Made by a program: the position numbers and the translations under genes. Source: an uncultured Thermoleophilia bacterium (GTDB lineage: Bacteria; Actinomycetota; Thermoleophilia; UBA2241). From it: a stretch of 64,000 nt of DNA. The stretch lies in NCBI GenBank assembly GCA_963702475.1, contig CAVPCT010000003.1, positions 64,001-128,000 on the forward strand. Reading direction: 5' to 3'. Positions 10,061-20,751 of the stretch are shown piece by piece (the stretch's first letter is position 1; each line of letters starts with the position of its first letter). A model generated the notes under the pieces. That model saw only the letters and a program-made list of their open reading frames with translations, had not been told where the DNA came from and did not search any database.

Positions 10061-11308
10061 CTAGGCCGTCTGGCCCCCGGGCGGGAAGGCGAAGACAGCC
10101 TTGACCGCCCCGTTCCTGCCCTTCTGCTTGGCGGTGAGCAGAGCGTCACGGTAGTCGTCGAGGGCAAAACGGTGCGTGACCAGCTGTGGCAGCCGCAGGC
10201 GGCCACTCTCCAGCAGGCCGAAGAAGTGCTCGAAGGCGTGCGCTCTCCGCCCCTCGAACTCCTCGACGCCGAAGGCGTTGGACCCGACCAGCTCGATCTC
10301 CTTGAAGTACTGCGGCGTCCACTCGAACCTCTTCGGCTTGCTGACGCCGGTGATGACGATGCGCGCCCGTGGGCGCGCGACGCGCAGGCCGGCCTCGAGA
10401 GTCGCGGCGGAGCCGATGCTGTCGTAGACGACGTCGACGCCGCCGTGCAGCCACAGCGGCCCGAAACGCGGCTTGATGGGCCGCTCGCCGGTGATGCTCG
10501 CCACCTCACGCACGAGGTCCTCAGTGGTGCCCGAAGGTACCACCCAGCGCGCGCCCAGGGCGCGCGCCATCTCGCGCTGGTAGGGGTAGCGGGCCACGGC
10601 CACGATAGCGGTCCCGGGGTAGGCCGCGCGCAGGAAGCCGATGGCCAGCAGACCAAGGGCCCCGCAGCCGTACACCAGCGCGATGCCGCCGTCGGGCGGC
10701 GGGGCCTTGAGCACGGCGTGCATGCTCACCGAGAAGGGGTCGGCCACGACGGCCGTCTCGAAGTCCACGCCGTCGGGGATGCGGAACAGCTGCGACTCGT
10801 GTGCGGGGAGCAACGGGGCGAAGCCGCCGCCGGCGTCGCGGCAGTTGCCGGTGTGCATGGCCGGCGAGAGGCGGCCGTCGGCGAAGTGCTCGCAGAGGAA
10901 GTAGTGCCCGTCACGGCAGGCCGGGCACGGCTGGTCGATGCCTCGCGGCGCGCACGACAGCCACGGGTTGAGCGCCACCCTGTCGCCGGGCCGCACGCGC
11001 GTCACGGCCGGCCCCACCTTCTCCACCATCCCCACAGCCTCGTGGCCGGGGATGAACGGGAAGGAGATATAGCCGCTGAGGGGGTTGTCCATCTCCGCGT
11101 CGATGAAGATGAGCTTGGTGTCGCTGCCGCAGATGCCGCACAGCGCCGTGCGCACCACCGTCCAGTCGTCGAAGCAGACGACGGGCTCGGGGACCTCTTT
11201 GAGCTGGGTCGGTGCCGTCGGGCCGAGAAACGCTTTGGTGCTGACCCTGCCGGCGGCCATGGCCGACACGATGCGCGGCAGGTCGTAGTCGAAGACGACT
11301 GCCTTCAT
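10061..11308 (-). CDS. Zinc-dependent medium-chain alcohol/polyol dehydrogenase
   Basis: CGICGSD, GHEAVG, structural Zn cysteines C..CPAC..C, GCGALG Rossmann motif. In frame with the upstream HpnA-like ORF in this assembly. Confidence 0.9.
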   Translation of the reverse strand: MKAVVFDYDLPRIVSAMAAGRVSTKAFLGPTAPTQLKEVPEPVVCFDDWTVVRTALCGICGSDTKLIFIDAEMDNPLSGYISFPFIPGHEAVGMVEKVGPAVTRVRPGDRVALNPWLSCAPRGIDQPCPACRDGHYFLCEHFADGRLSPAMHTGNCRDAGGGFAPLLPAHESQLFRIPDGVDFETAVVADPFSVSMHAVLKAPPPDGGIALVYGCGALGLLAIGFLRAAYPGTAIVAVARYPYQREMARALGARWVVPSGTTEDLVREVASITGERPIKPRFGPLWLHGGVDVVYDSIGSAATLEAGLRVARPRARIVITGVSKPKRFEWTPQYFKEIELVGSNAFGVEEFEGRRAHAFEHFFGLLESGRLRLPQLVTHRFALDDYRDALLTAKQKGRNGAVKAVFAFPPGGQTA

Positions 11309-12378
11309 GGTGCGGCCTGGCTCCGCGGCCGCCGGCGACGGGGCCGCCGCCGCTCCCGCGCTCCTCTTTGCCCGTCGCCCCTCCGGGCGCAGCGGGACGT
11401 ACCCGTGGGACTCGTACCACGCGATCGCCTTGGCCAGCGCCTCGCGCGCCGGCGCCGGCGCGTACCCGAGCTGGCGCATCGCCTTCGCCGAAGAGAAGGT
11501 CTCGCGGTGTGTGGAGAGACGGGCGCTGGTCGGCGTGGCGACCGGCGTATGGGAGCGGTCGAGCCGCGCCCAGGCGACGTCGGCGTACCCCCAGCCGACG
11601 GCGACGGCGTGTGGGATGCGCCGCGTGGGCGCCGGCACGCCGGAGAGCTCGGCAAGCAGCTCGAGCAGCTGCCGCAAGGTCATGCTGTCGCCGCCCAGGA
11701 TGTACCGCTCGCCGACGATGCCCTTGCGTGCGGCGAGCAGGTGGCCGGCGGCCACGTCGTCTACGTCGACGACCGTCAGCGTCGTGTCGACGTAGGCCGG
11801 CATGCGCCCGTTCAGGAAGTCGACGATCATGCGGCCGGTCGGCGTCGGCTTGTAGTCGCCGACGCCGACCGGCGCCGCCGGGTTCACGATGACGATCGGC
11901 GCGCCCTCCCCGGCGAGGCGGCGCGCCTCTTCCTCGGCGAGGTACTTGGAGCGCTTGTAGTCGCCGAGCATGTCGGCGAACGACACCGGCGTCTCCTCGT
12001 CGCCGGCCGATCCGTCCGCGGGCTGTCCCAGGGTCGCGATGGAGCTGGTGTGGACGATGCGCGCGGCTCCGGCCCTCCAGGCCGCGCGCAGCGCGTTGCG
12101 CGTGCCGTCCACATTGGTCGCGACGAACTCCTCCCAGTCGTGTCCCCAGAACGTGTACAGCGCGGCCACGTGGTAGACCTCGTCGCAGCCGTGGCAGCCG
12201 CGCTCGAGGGCCTCCGCGTCGCCAAGATCCCCGGTGACGATCTCCACGGGCAGGCCGTCGAGCAGGCGGGTGTCGCCGCCGCGCCGTACGAGGACCCGCA
12301 CCTCCGCCCCTCGGCGAGCAGGCGCCGGACCACGGCGCTGCCGACGAAGCCGTTGCCGCCTGTCACGAACGCACGCAT
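11305..12378 (-). CDS. hpnA: HpnA-like NAD-dependent epimerase/dehydratase (extended SDR); frameshift in the C-run at 12307-12310; possibly fused to the downstream dehydrogenase
   Basis: MRAFVTGGNGFVG; HVAALY; YKRSK catalytic motif; VNPAAPVGVGDYKPTPTGRMIVDFLNGRMPAYVDT typical of hopanoid-associated sugar epimerases. Confidence 0.8.
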
Positions 12379-13625
12379 GGGTCCTCCTCGCCGTCGATCT
12401 CCTCGAGCACGGCGGCCACGAAGTCGGCCGCGCGGGCCATGAACGCACCGCTCACGGTGTCCGGCGTGTCGTCGGGGCGGTGCCAGTGTGGCAGCGACCC
12501 TTCCCGCGGGTCATATCCGGCCAGGCACAGAGCCCGGTAGCCGAGCCGTCGCAGCCCGGTCACCTCGTCCTCCAGCGGCAGCTCGGCCGGCTCCGTGGCG
12601 AGCCCGGGGCGCCGGGCGGCGGCGCGCACGACCGTCGCGAGCAGCGCGGGTTCGGGGCGCACGTGGTCGCAGAGCCCCTCGCGTGTGAGGTAGGTGAGGC
12701 GGCCGCTGCCGAGGCCCTCGAGGCCGATGAAGTCGGCCGCACGCATGGCGGCCGGCTCCTGCGCCAGCAGGGCGACGAGGCCGGCATGGTCGGTCTCCTC
12801 GGCGCCGGTGAACGCCAGGACGACCTCGGTCCGCTCCAGCGGGCGCGCCGCCAGGCGGCGCGCGACCTCGAGCGCGACGGCGACGCTCGCGGCGTTGTCG
12901 TGAGCGCCGGGCGAGTAGGGCGCGCGCCAGTCCCGCAGGAGGGTGATGAGCATCCCTACGGCGTACGCCGCGGGCACGAGCGAGGTGTACCACAGCACGC
13001 CCGGGCGGCTCTTGCGCGTCGTTCGGGACGCGAGCCCTGTGGCGGCGCCGGCCGCGTACAGCGCGCCCGGCGCCGCCAGCATGGCCACTGTGAGCCAGGT
13101 GAGCCGTTCGAGCTGCCGGACTGCGCCCGCGCGCCACGCGAGGCGTGAGCGGTTGGTGTCGAGGTGGGCGAGCAGCACGACCCGGCCGACCGGGACGCCC
13201 GACGGCGCGAGCGTTGCGACCACGTTGCCGCTGCTCACCTTCGGCAGCAGCGGCCCCAGCGGGCTGCGCGACAGGCGGATCGCCCGCCACAGGAGCGGTG
13301 CGGACGGCAGGGCGAGGCCGGCGGCCGCCAGGCGACCTGCCCGGCCGAACGGGTACGCGGCGACGGCCAGGAGCGACAGCGCCACGCTGGCCAGCGGGAA
13401 CACGTTCTGGTCGCGGACGGCGCGGAAGGTCGTACGGGCGGCGGGCAGGCCGAGCGCGGCCAGGCGGGCGGCCACGTAGTCGCCGGCCGCCCGCTCCGCG
13501 CTGGTCCCCGTGCCCCGCGGCCCGATGCGCCCGGCGAGCTCCTCCACGTCGGCGAGCATCGACGCGGCGGGTGCGAGCTCCGCCTTGCCCGCCGTGCGTC
13601 GTACTGCGACGGCGGCAGCTCTCAC
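12363..13625 (-). CDS. M28 family zinc metallopeptidase/hydrolase with internal TM segments
   Basis: IGPRGTGT, LAHLDT, GAHDNAAS, FTGAEE, HWHRPDDT; GTGA overlap with the aminotransferase stop. Confidence 0.85.
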   Translation of the reverse strand: MRAAAVAVRRTAGKAELAPAASMLADVEELAGRIGPRGTGTSAERAAGDYVAARLAALGLPAARTTFRAVRDQNVFPLASVALSLLAVAAYPFGRAGRLAAAGLALPSAPLLWRAIRLSRSPLGPLLPKVSSGNVVATLAPSGVPVGRVVLLAHLDTNRSRLAWRAGAVRQLERLTWLTVAMLAAPGALYAAGAATGLASRTTRKSRPGVLWYTSLVPAAYAVGMLITLLRDWRAPYSPGAHDNAASVAVALEVARRLAARPLERTEVVLAFTGAEETDHAGLVALLAQEPAAMRAADFIGLEGLGSGRLTYLTREGLCDHVRPEPALLATVVRAAARRPGLATEPAELPLEDEVTGLRRLGYRALCLAGYDPREGSLPHWHRPDDTPDTVSGAFMARAADFVAAVLEEIDGEEDPCVRS

Positions 13626-15046
13626 TGCGACAAAGCCTGTCTGATGAGGTGCCCGCTCTGCCGCCACACCCTGCCGCGCACGCTCTCGGCCTCGGTCATC
13701 ACGGCGTCGAAGGCGGCGGCGACGGCCGTCACCTCCTCGTCGCCGATGACCAGCGGCGGCAGCAGCTTGATGATGTTCACGTCGGGGCCGCCGACCTGGG
13801 TGAGGATGTGGTGGTCACGCATCAGCGACATCACCACGAGCTGCGCGAACAGCCCCTTCTGAGCCGCCTCCGCCGCCGTCCAGGCGGCCTTGAGCGTCAG
13901 CGCCCTGGGAGGCCGGAACTCGACGCCGATCATCAGGCCCCTGCCGCGCACGTCGGCGATCATCTCGTGGCGGTCCTTGAGACGGGCGAGCTCCGCGAGC
14001 AGGCGCTCGCCCGTCTCCGCCGCCCGTTCCACCAGCCGCTCCCGGTCCAGCACGGCCAGGCTGGCCAGCCCGGCCGCCATGGCCAGCTCGTTCTCCCCGA
14101 AGGTGGTCGTGTGCACCTGGCAGCGGTCGAGCCGTCCGTACACCTTGTCGTACAGGCTCCGGCGCATCAGCAGTGCGCCGACCGGTATGAACCCCCCGCC
14201 CAGCGACTTGGCGAGCGTCACCATGTCGGGTTCCAGCCCCCAGTGCTCCAGTGAGAGAAAGCGCCCGGTGCGGCCCATGCCGGCCTGGACCTCGTCGCAG
14301 ACGAACACCGTCCCCGCCTCGCGGCAGAGGCGCTGGGCCTCCGGCAGGTAGCCGTCCGGCGGCACGTACACGCCCTTGCCCTGGATGGGTTCGACCACCA
14401 GCGCAGCCACGTCGCCCTTGCGCAGTTCCCACTCCAGAACGTCGGTGTCTCCCATCGGCACGCAGTCGAAGCCGGGCATGAGCGGTCCGAAGCCCTTGCG
14501 GAACTGCTCGCCGCCGTTGCACGACAGGGTGCCGAGCATCACTCCGTGAAACGCGTGCTGCAGGTACAGCACACGCGGTCGCCCGGTCGCCCCGCGCGCG
14601 AACTTGAGCGCCGTGTCCACCACGTCCGAGCCGTCGTTGCCGAAGAAGGCGATGTCGAGGCCGGTCGGCATCTTCGCCGCAAGTTCCTCAGCCAGCAGCC
14701 CGGCCAGAAGCGGGCAGTCCATCTCGACCATGTTGGGACGCTGCAGGGAGAGCGCCTCCTCGAGGGCAGCACGGACCACGGGGTGGTCCCGCCCGAGGTT
14801 GTACACGCTGTACCCGGCGATGAGGTCCAGGTACCGGTCGCCCGCTCGGTCCCAGAGATAGGCGCCTTCGCCGCGGACCCAGACCCTGTCGAAGCCGATG
14901 ATGGGCAGGACGCGCGCCAGAAGGGGGTTCACGTGGCGCGCGTACAGGTCGTACTGGTCGGCCTGGCGTCGTGCGATGGTGTCGGCCAGGGAGAACGTGA
15001 CGCCTCGTTCGCCCATGGGGATGCCCACGGTCCGCTCGCTATCCAT
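13622..15046 (-). CDS. Class III PLP aminotransferase, HpnO-like
   Basis: HVNP..ARVL..IGFDR..VRGEGAYLWD..G.RYLD; EPIQGKG; DEVQAGMGRTG; LAKSLGGG (PLP Lys); own RBS GGGAGGG before ATG 15046. Confidence 0.88.
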   Translation of the reverse strand: MDSERTVGIPMGERGVTFSLADTIARRQADQYDLYARHVNPLLARVLPIIGFDRVWVRGEGAYLWDRAGDRYLDLIAGYSVYNLGRDHPVVRAALEEALSLQRPNMVEMDCPLLAGLLAEELAAKMPTGLDIAFFGNDGSDVVDTALKFARGATGRPRVLYLQHAFHGVMLGTLSCNGGEQFRKGFGPLMPGFDCVPMGDTDVLEWELRKGDVAALVVEPIQGKGVYVPPDGYLPEAQRLCREAGTVFVCDEVQAGMGRTGRFLSLEHWGLEPDMVTLAKSLGGGFIPVGALLMRRSLYDKVYGRLDRCQVHTTTFGENELAMAAGLASLAVLDRERLVERAAETGERLLAELARLKDRHEMIADVRGRGLMIGVEFRPPRALTLKAAWTAAEAAQKGLFAQLVVMSLMRDHHILTQVGGPDVNIIKLLPPLVIGDEEVTAVAAAFDAVMTEAESVRGRVWRQSGHLIRQALSQ

Positions 15047-15084
15047 CGACCCTCCCTGCCGCATCGCCGCGCCGGTGGTCCGGC

Positions 15085-18000
15085 CTACGCCATCATGCGC
15101 CCTATCTCGCGCAGCGTCTCGAGCATGTCGGCGGGCAGCGCGGGCGCCTCTCTGCCGGCCACGTGACAGCTCCAGATGAGGTGCGACACGCGCTCGATGA
15201 CCTCGGCGGCGTTGGCCGCCTGCCGCAGGCTCGTGGCGGCCACCACCAGGCCGTGGTTCTGCAGCAGGACGGCGCTGCCGTCTCCCAGGGCGTCGCGGGC
15301 CGCCAGGGCGAGCGCCTCGCTGCCGGGCATGATGAACGGCACCCGCGGGATGTCGCCGAAGAAGGCCGCCTCGGTGGTCACCGGAGCGAACGGGATCCCG
15401 GCCATGCCGAGGATCGTCGCGTAGGCGGCGTGGGCATGCACGACGGCCTCGATCTCGGGGCGCGCCTGGTAGATCACGCAGTGCAGCAGCCGTTCGCTGG
15501 ACGGGGCCGGCGCCTCGGGGTCGGCGGCGTTGCCGTCGAGGTCCACGCGGACCATCATATCCGGCGTCAGCCGTCCTTTGAAGAGCTGGCTCGGCGTGAT
15601 CCAGAGTCTCGGCTGTGCCCGGGATACGGGCGCTCACGTTGCCGCCGGTCGCGGTCAGGAGTTCGGCGGCGAAGAGCTCCTCGGCGGTGCGCGTTACCTC
15701 CTCGCATACTGCCGCGGAGACCGCGTCGAGGCCAGGCTTCGCGCGCGCGGCGCCGGTGACGGCGACCCCGGCGAAGGCGTCGGCCGGCGCGGCCGGCACG
15801 GGCGTGGAGAGGTCGGCGCCCGTCGCCGGATCGGCGCCGCGCGCGGTGCCTGCGGCGAAGTCGATGCCGCCGACCTCCCGCCGTGCGGCGCCGTACAGCC
15901 GCACGAAGTCCTTCTGCACGCGCTGCATGCCCATGGCGGCGCGCACGTCGCCGCTGAACGACAGACGCCCCGTCATGGCCGCCTTGTTGCCGTTGAGGCG
16001 GCCGTCCAGGATGGCGTCGAGCACCTCGCCCCTGGCCTTCAGCCGGACCTTCGCCGGCTCCGGCGGCGGGCCCATGCCGGAGACGACCCGGCCGTCCCCG
16101 AAGCCGATGTGGAAGTGCAGGTCGAAGTCGCTGACCGTGTACTGCGAGACGACCGACTTTTTCGCGGCGAAGGCGAGGAGCGCCTCGTCGGTCGCGGCCC
16201 GCGTGACGAACAGGCTCAGGACGCGCTCCATCTGGGCGGCCGCGCCGGCGGCCGGCGCCGCCGTCGCGGCGAAGTCGGCCGGCCGCACGGCTGCGGCCGC
16301 GACGGGCGCTCGCACCGCCTCTCCGGACCGTCCGCAGCTTGGCTCTTCAGCCGGCCGCGCCCGCCCGAGGTCCGTCACGTCCGGGGCGGCGCCGGCCACG
16401 AGGGCCGCCACGGTGGCCGCGTCGGGCGCCTGACGCGGCACGTCCCAGGAGAACCCGGAGAGCGTCTCCGGGTTCAGAACGTTCAGGGGAGCCCGGCCGG
16501 CGGCCATGCGGCGCAGATCTGCCGCGACCGTGCGCCCCTGGTGGCCGCCGACCTCCACCGTGTTGCCGCCGACGTGGGGCGTGGCGATGACGTTCGAAAA
16601 GGCCAGGAGCGGATCGTCGGCGGCCGGCGGCTCCACCGGGAACACGTCGAACGCGGCCCCACCCAGCCGTCCTTCGCGGAGCGCCGTCAGCACTGCCGTC
16701 TGATCCACCAGACCGGCCCGGGCCGTGTTCACGAGCAGCGCGCCGGTCTTCATGAACGCGAGCCGGGACGTGTCCATCAGCCCGCGCGTGTCGTCGGTGA
16801 GCGGCGCGTGCAGGCTCACGATGTCGGCCGCTGCCAGCAGCTCGTCCAGAGGAGCCGGAGCCGCGTCAGCGAGCCTGATCTGTGCCTCGTCAACGAACGG
16901 GTCGTGGACGAGCACGCGAGCGCCGAAGGGCGCGAGGCGCCGCGCCACGGCGCGGCCCACGGCGCCGAAGCCCACGAGCCCGACCGTCCGCTCCCACAAC
17001 TCGTGTCCCAGCAGTGCCTCGTGGGCCTGCCCCATGCGGCCCATGTCGCCGGCCTCGCCGCCGGGCGTGCGCAGGAACGCATCCGCGGCCACGAGGCGGC
17101 GCGAGAGCGCCAGCATGAAGGCGACGGTGAGGTCGGCGACGGCCTCGGCGTTGCGTCCGGGCGCGTACAGGACTGGGATGCCCAGCGCCGTGCAGGCCGC
17201 CAGATCCACGTTGACGGCCCGGCCGCGGCACGACGCGACCACACGCAGGCCCGGCAAGCGGACCAGGGCCTCCGCGTCGGCGATATCCACCTCGGTGATG
17301 AAGACGTCCACGCCCTCGAGGGCCTCGACGAGGTCGTCGCCCGTGAGCAGGCGGAGCTGCTCGCGGTAGCCGGCGTGAGTGACCTCGCCGAGGGCGCGCA
17401 GCTCTGCCAGGGCGATGTCGTCGAGGTCGGCGGTGGCGAGGATGCGCAGTGACCGGCGCCTCGGCGCGACGAGCGGCCGGGCGGCGGCGTCCGCTCCGGC
17501 CGCCGCCGCGCTCTCCGGCGGCGCGACACTCGGCTCAGCTTCGCCGGCCGCCTCGGCCCTCTCCATCAGGTCGCGCAGGGCGATGCCGGCGGCCGCGCGC
17601 GTCGCCGGGACGCTGGCCCCCTGCAGACGCAGCCACTCCTCGTACAGCTCGCCGTACTTCCGCGATGACGCGGCGTCCGGAGACAGCCGCTCGGTCCTCG
17701 CCATGCGCTCCGCGCCGGCGGCCGTGCCGGCGAACACGCCGGCGCCGACGCCGGCGCAGACGGCGGCCCCCAGGGCGCTCGCCTCCGCAACCAGGGACAC
17801 GTCCACGGGCGCTCCCAGCACGTCGCAGACGATCCGGCTCCACAGGCGGGAGCGGGACATGCCTCCGGTGAGGGTGACCGGCTCGCAGGCGGCCGGAGCC
17901 GGCGCGGCGCCGGGGACGGCGAGCAGTCTCTCCGCGTTCGCGCGCACCGCGAACGCCATCCCTTCGAGCACGGCGCGGGCGAGGTCCGCGCGGCCTGCCG

Positions 18001-19144
18001 CCGCGGCGCCCTGGCCGTCGCTCCCGGCTCCGGGGCCGCCGGGCGGCGCCGAGAGGTGGCTCAGCGACAGCGTACCGATGGGCAGCGCCAGCATGTCGCG
18101 GCCGTCCATCAGCTGGGCGCCGAGAGACGAGGTGGCGCCGCGCGCCCCAGGCGGTGCGGTGGAGGCCTCCGCGAGCAGCCGGGCGACTGGGTCCGGCGCG
18201 CCGGCGCAGAGCACACCGGCGAACCACGACAGGGCGTCGCCCATGGCCCCGGCGTTGCTCTCGAGCACGCCGAGACCCGGCGCCACGTGTCGCCCGGCCC
18301 ACACCCGCGCGGTCGGGTCCACCCGGGGCGGCGCCGTCACCAGCTGAACCGGCGTGGTGCTGCCGGCCACGACCCCGACGGCGCCGGCCCGCGTTACGCC
18401 TGCGCCCAGGAGGCCGCACTGCGTGTCCGCGCCACCTACGGCCACCGGCGTGCCGGCGCGCAGGCCGAGCGCGGCCGCGGCCCGCGCCGTGAGTCCTCCG
18501 AGCGGCGAGCCGGACGGGCGTACCGGCGGCAGCAGGTGCGCGGGGAGGCCCAGCCACTCCGTGAGGTCCCGGGCCCAATCGCCGGCGACCACGTCGTACA
18601 GCAGGGTCTCCGCCGCCTGGGACGGGTCGGTGGCCGCCTCGCCGGTCAGGCGGAGTGCCAGCCAGTCGCTGAGGCTGAACGCCCACGCGGCCCGCTCCAT
18701 GAGGTCCGGCCGCTCGGTGGCCAGCCACTGCAGCCGGGCCGCGAGGAAGATGGGACCCGGCCAGTGGCCCGTCCGTGCCGCCAGGGTGTCACCGTGCTCG
18801 TCGGCCAGCAGAACGCCCTGCTCCGCGGCGCGCGCATCGTGGTTCGGGACCGCGTACAGGACGTCGCCGGCGCGGTCGGTGAGCACAGCGCTGAACCTCA
18901 TGCCGGTGACCGCAAGGCCGGCGATGTCGCCGGCGTGGGCGCCGGCCCTGGTCAGCACCTCCGCGACCACCTCCGCCACCAGGCGCCAGCACAGGGCCGT
19001 GTCGAGTTCGAATGCGAAGAGGCCGTCGGCAGGCGAGGGGCGCCATGACCGCGTCGCGGTGTCCAGGCCCCCGGCGTGCAGGTCGGCGAGCAGGCAGCGG
19101 ACGCTGCTGCCCCCGCAGTCCACGCCCAGCAAGAATCGACCCAT
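15085..19144 (-). CDS. Four-domain fusion: FGGY (LsrK-like) carbohydrate kinase + D-2-hydroxyacid dehydrogenase + SCP2 lipid-binding domain + class II aldolase; frameshift near 15605
   Basis: Kinase: GVDCGGSSVR, NHDARA, GGADTQ, LTGGMSRS. Dehydrogenase: PGRNAEAVAD, GFGAVG, NTARA, TPHVGG. SCP2-like: ILDGRLNGNKAAMTGRLSFSGD. Aldolase: ATGGNVSAR / WITPS..PSSE..LH..HAH..LLQNHG. Confidence 0.85.
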
Positions 19145-19349
19145 GAGCCCCCCGGGCAGCCGTACGGGCAGAAGAGAGGACCAGACCACTATAGTCCGGC
19201 CCACGTGACGCGGGCCAGTGTCCGGACGCCTCTGTGCACGTCTGTCCTGCGGTGCTTCCGGTGCGTTCCGACGATGCGCATCGCGCCCACTCCCTGTAGC
19301 ATGGATTCGCCGGGGCTGGACCCGGCGCCGCACACCGGAGGCCGTCGGG

Positions 19350-20738
19350 ATGTCACTCCAGACGCGCACGCAGACGGGCCGCGCCGACGTGAGCCCTGAG
19401 GCGTCGCCGGCGCGACTCCCCGGCATGGACGCGTTCGCGGCCATGCCGCCGGACGCGCGCGGCCCACTGCTCGAGGGCGGCGTGCTCGACGCCCACCGCC
19501 TGCACTACGTCCGCAACGTCGCGTACCGCCGCGCGGTGCACGCGCGCGGCGTCGGTGAGACGACGTGCGCCGAGGCCCTCCACCTGCTGCTGCGGCCAGC
19601 ATCCCTCACCTTCAAGGGGTACGTCGACGCCGTCGGTCCGTTCCCGCAGGAGGCTCCGCGTGGCTTCCTCTCGTGGCTCGACGACCAGCTGTCCGTCCCG
19701 CTTCCGGTCGCCCGCGCCCGCGGACTGCGGCGCCGGTACCTGACCATGGAAGGCCTGCTCGCCGCCGTCGAGCGCCTGTGCGCCGGCGTCGGGCTCGAGA
19801 TGCTCACCTCGAGCGGTACGTCGGGGATCGCCAGCGTGGTGCCCCGAGATGCCGCCAGCACCGATCTCGCCGTGCGGTCGTTCTTCGCCGGCATCCGCCG
19901 CTCCTGGGGTGTCGCGCGCGGGTCGGCGATGGTCTTCGTGATGCCCGAGCGGACCAGGGTGGCCATGGCCCGCTCGGCGCGCATCGGCATCAGGCAGCTC
20001 GACTGGGCGAGCGACACGCCCGTGTTCTACACGATGCCGTTCGCGGCGACGCCGGACCTGATCCGCCTGCGCGGCGGCCGGAGCTTCTATCCCGGGCTTC
20101 GCGGTCTCGCCGAGCGGAGGATCCTGCACCCGGCCCTCGTCCGGGCCGACGCCCGGTTCGTGGCCGGCCGCTTCGTCGCGGAGACGCGGGTGCGCCTGCG
20201 CGAGCTCTGCGACGCCGGGCGGCCGCTCATGCTGCTTGGGGGCGCGGCGCAGCTCCACGCCGTGGCGCAGGCGGGGCCTCTGCGGCTGCCGCCCGGCAGC
20301 CGGGTGGCGACCGGCGGCGGCAGCAAGGAGCGGTATCCGGTCTCCCCGGCCGGCATCCGCGACGTGCTCGAGGCCGCCTTTCCGGGCACGCCCGTGGCCG
20401 ACGTGTACGGGATGGCGGAGGCGGACTGGGCGGCGTTCGAGTGCTCCGCCGGCAACCACCACCTCCCTCCCTGGATCTATGCTGTCGTCACGGACGACGC
20501 CGACCGCATCGTCGCCGGCCCGCGGGCTACGGGCATGCTGGCCTTCTACGATCCCGTCGCGGGGGGTGAGGTGTTGCCCCCCTTTTTCCAGACGGCCGAC
20601 CGCGTCACGCTGATCAACGGCGGCTCGGCCTACGAGCCCGGCCTGCGGTGCGCCTGCGGCGACGACTCCGCCTACATCGAGGGGGGCGTGTGGAGGGCGG
20701 ACCTGATGGGAGAGGCCGGCTGCGCGGCCCAGCTGTGA
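19350..20738 (+). CDS. luxE: LuxE-like acyl-protein synthetase (ANL superfamily)
   Basis: TSSGTSG P-loop, TGGG.K, DVYGMAE, HHLPPW, LAFYDP, FFQTAD, C-terminal R....EAGCA with the acyl-accepting Cys; RBS GGAGG. Confidence 0.8.
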   Translation: MSLQTRTQTGRADVSPEASPARLPGMDAFAAMPPDARGPLLEGGVLDAHRLHYVRNVAYRRAVHARGVGETTCAEALHLLLRPASLTFKGYVDAVGPFPQEAPRGFLSWLDDQLSVPLPVARARGLRRRYLTMEGLLAAVERLCAGVGLEMLTSSGTSGIASVVPRDAASTDLAVRSFFAGIRRSWGVARGSAMVFVMPERTRVAMARSARIGIRQLDWASDTPVFYTMPFAATPDLIRLRGGRSFYPGLRGLAERRILHPALVRADARFVAGRFVAETRVRLRELCDAGRPLMLLGGAAQLHAVAQAGPLRLPPGSRVATGGGSKERYPVSPAGIRDVLEAAFPGTPVADVYGMAEADWAAFECSAGNHHLPPWIYAVVTDDADRIVAGPRATGMLAFYDPVAGGEVLPPFFQTADRVTLINGGSAYEPGLRCACGDDSAYIEGGVWRADLMGEAGCAAQL

Positions 20739-20751
20739 GGGAAGGGAACCG

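Noticed and set aside
13622-19444. The 1940-aa ORF as one protein including the aminotransferase
   Set aside because: Between ~15605 and 15046 it reads off-frame Arg/Gly-rich text, while the real aldolase continues in another frame to a stop at 15085. The aminotransferase has its own RBS and ATG.
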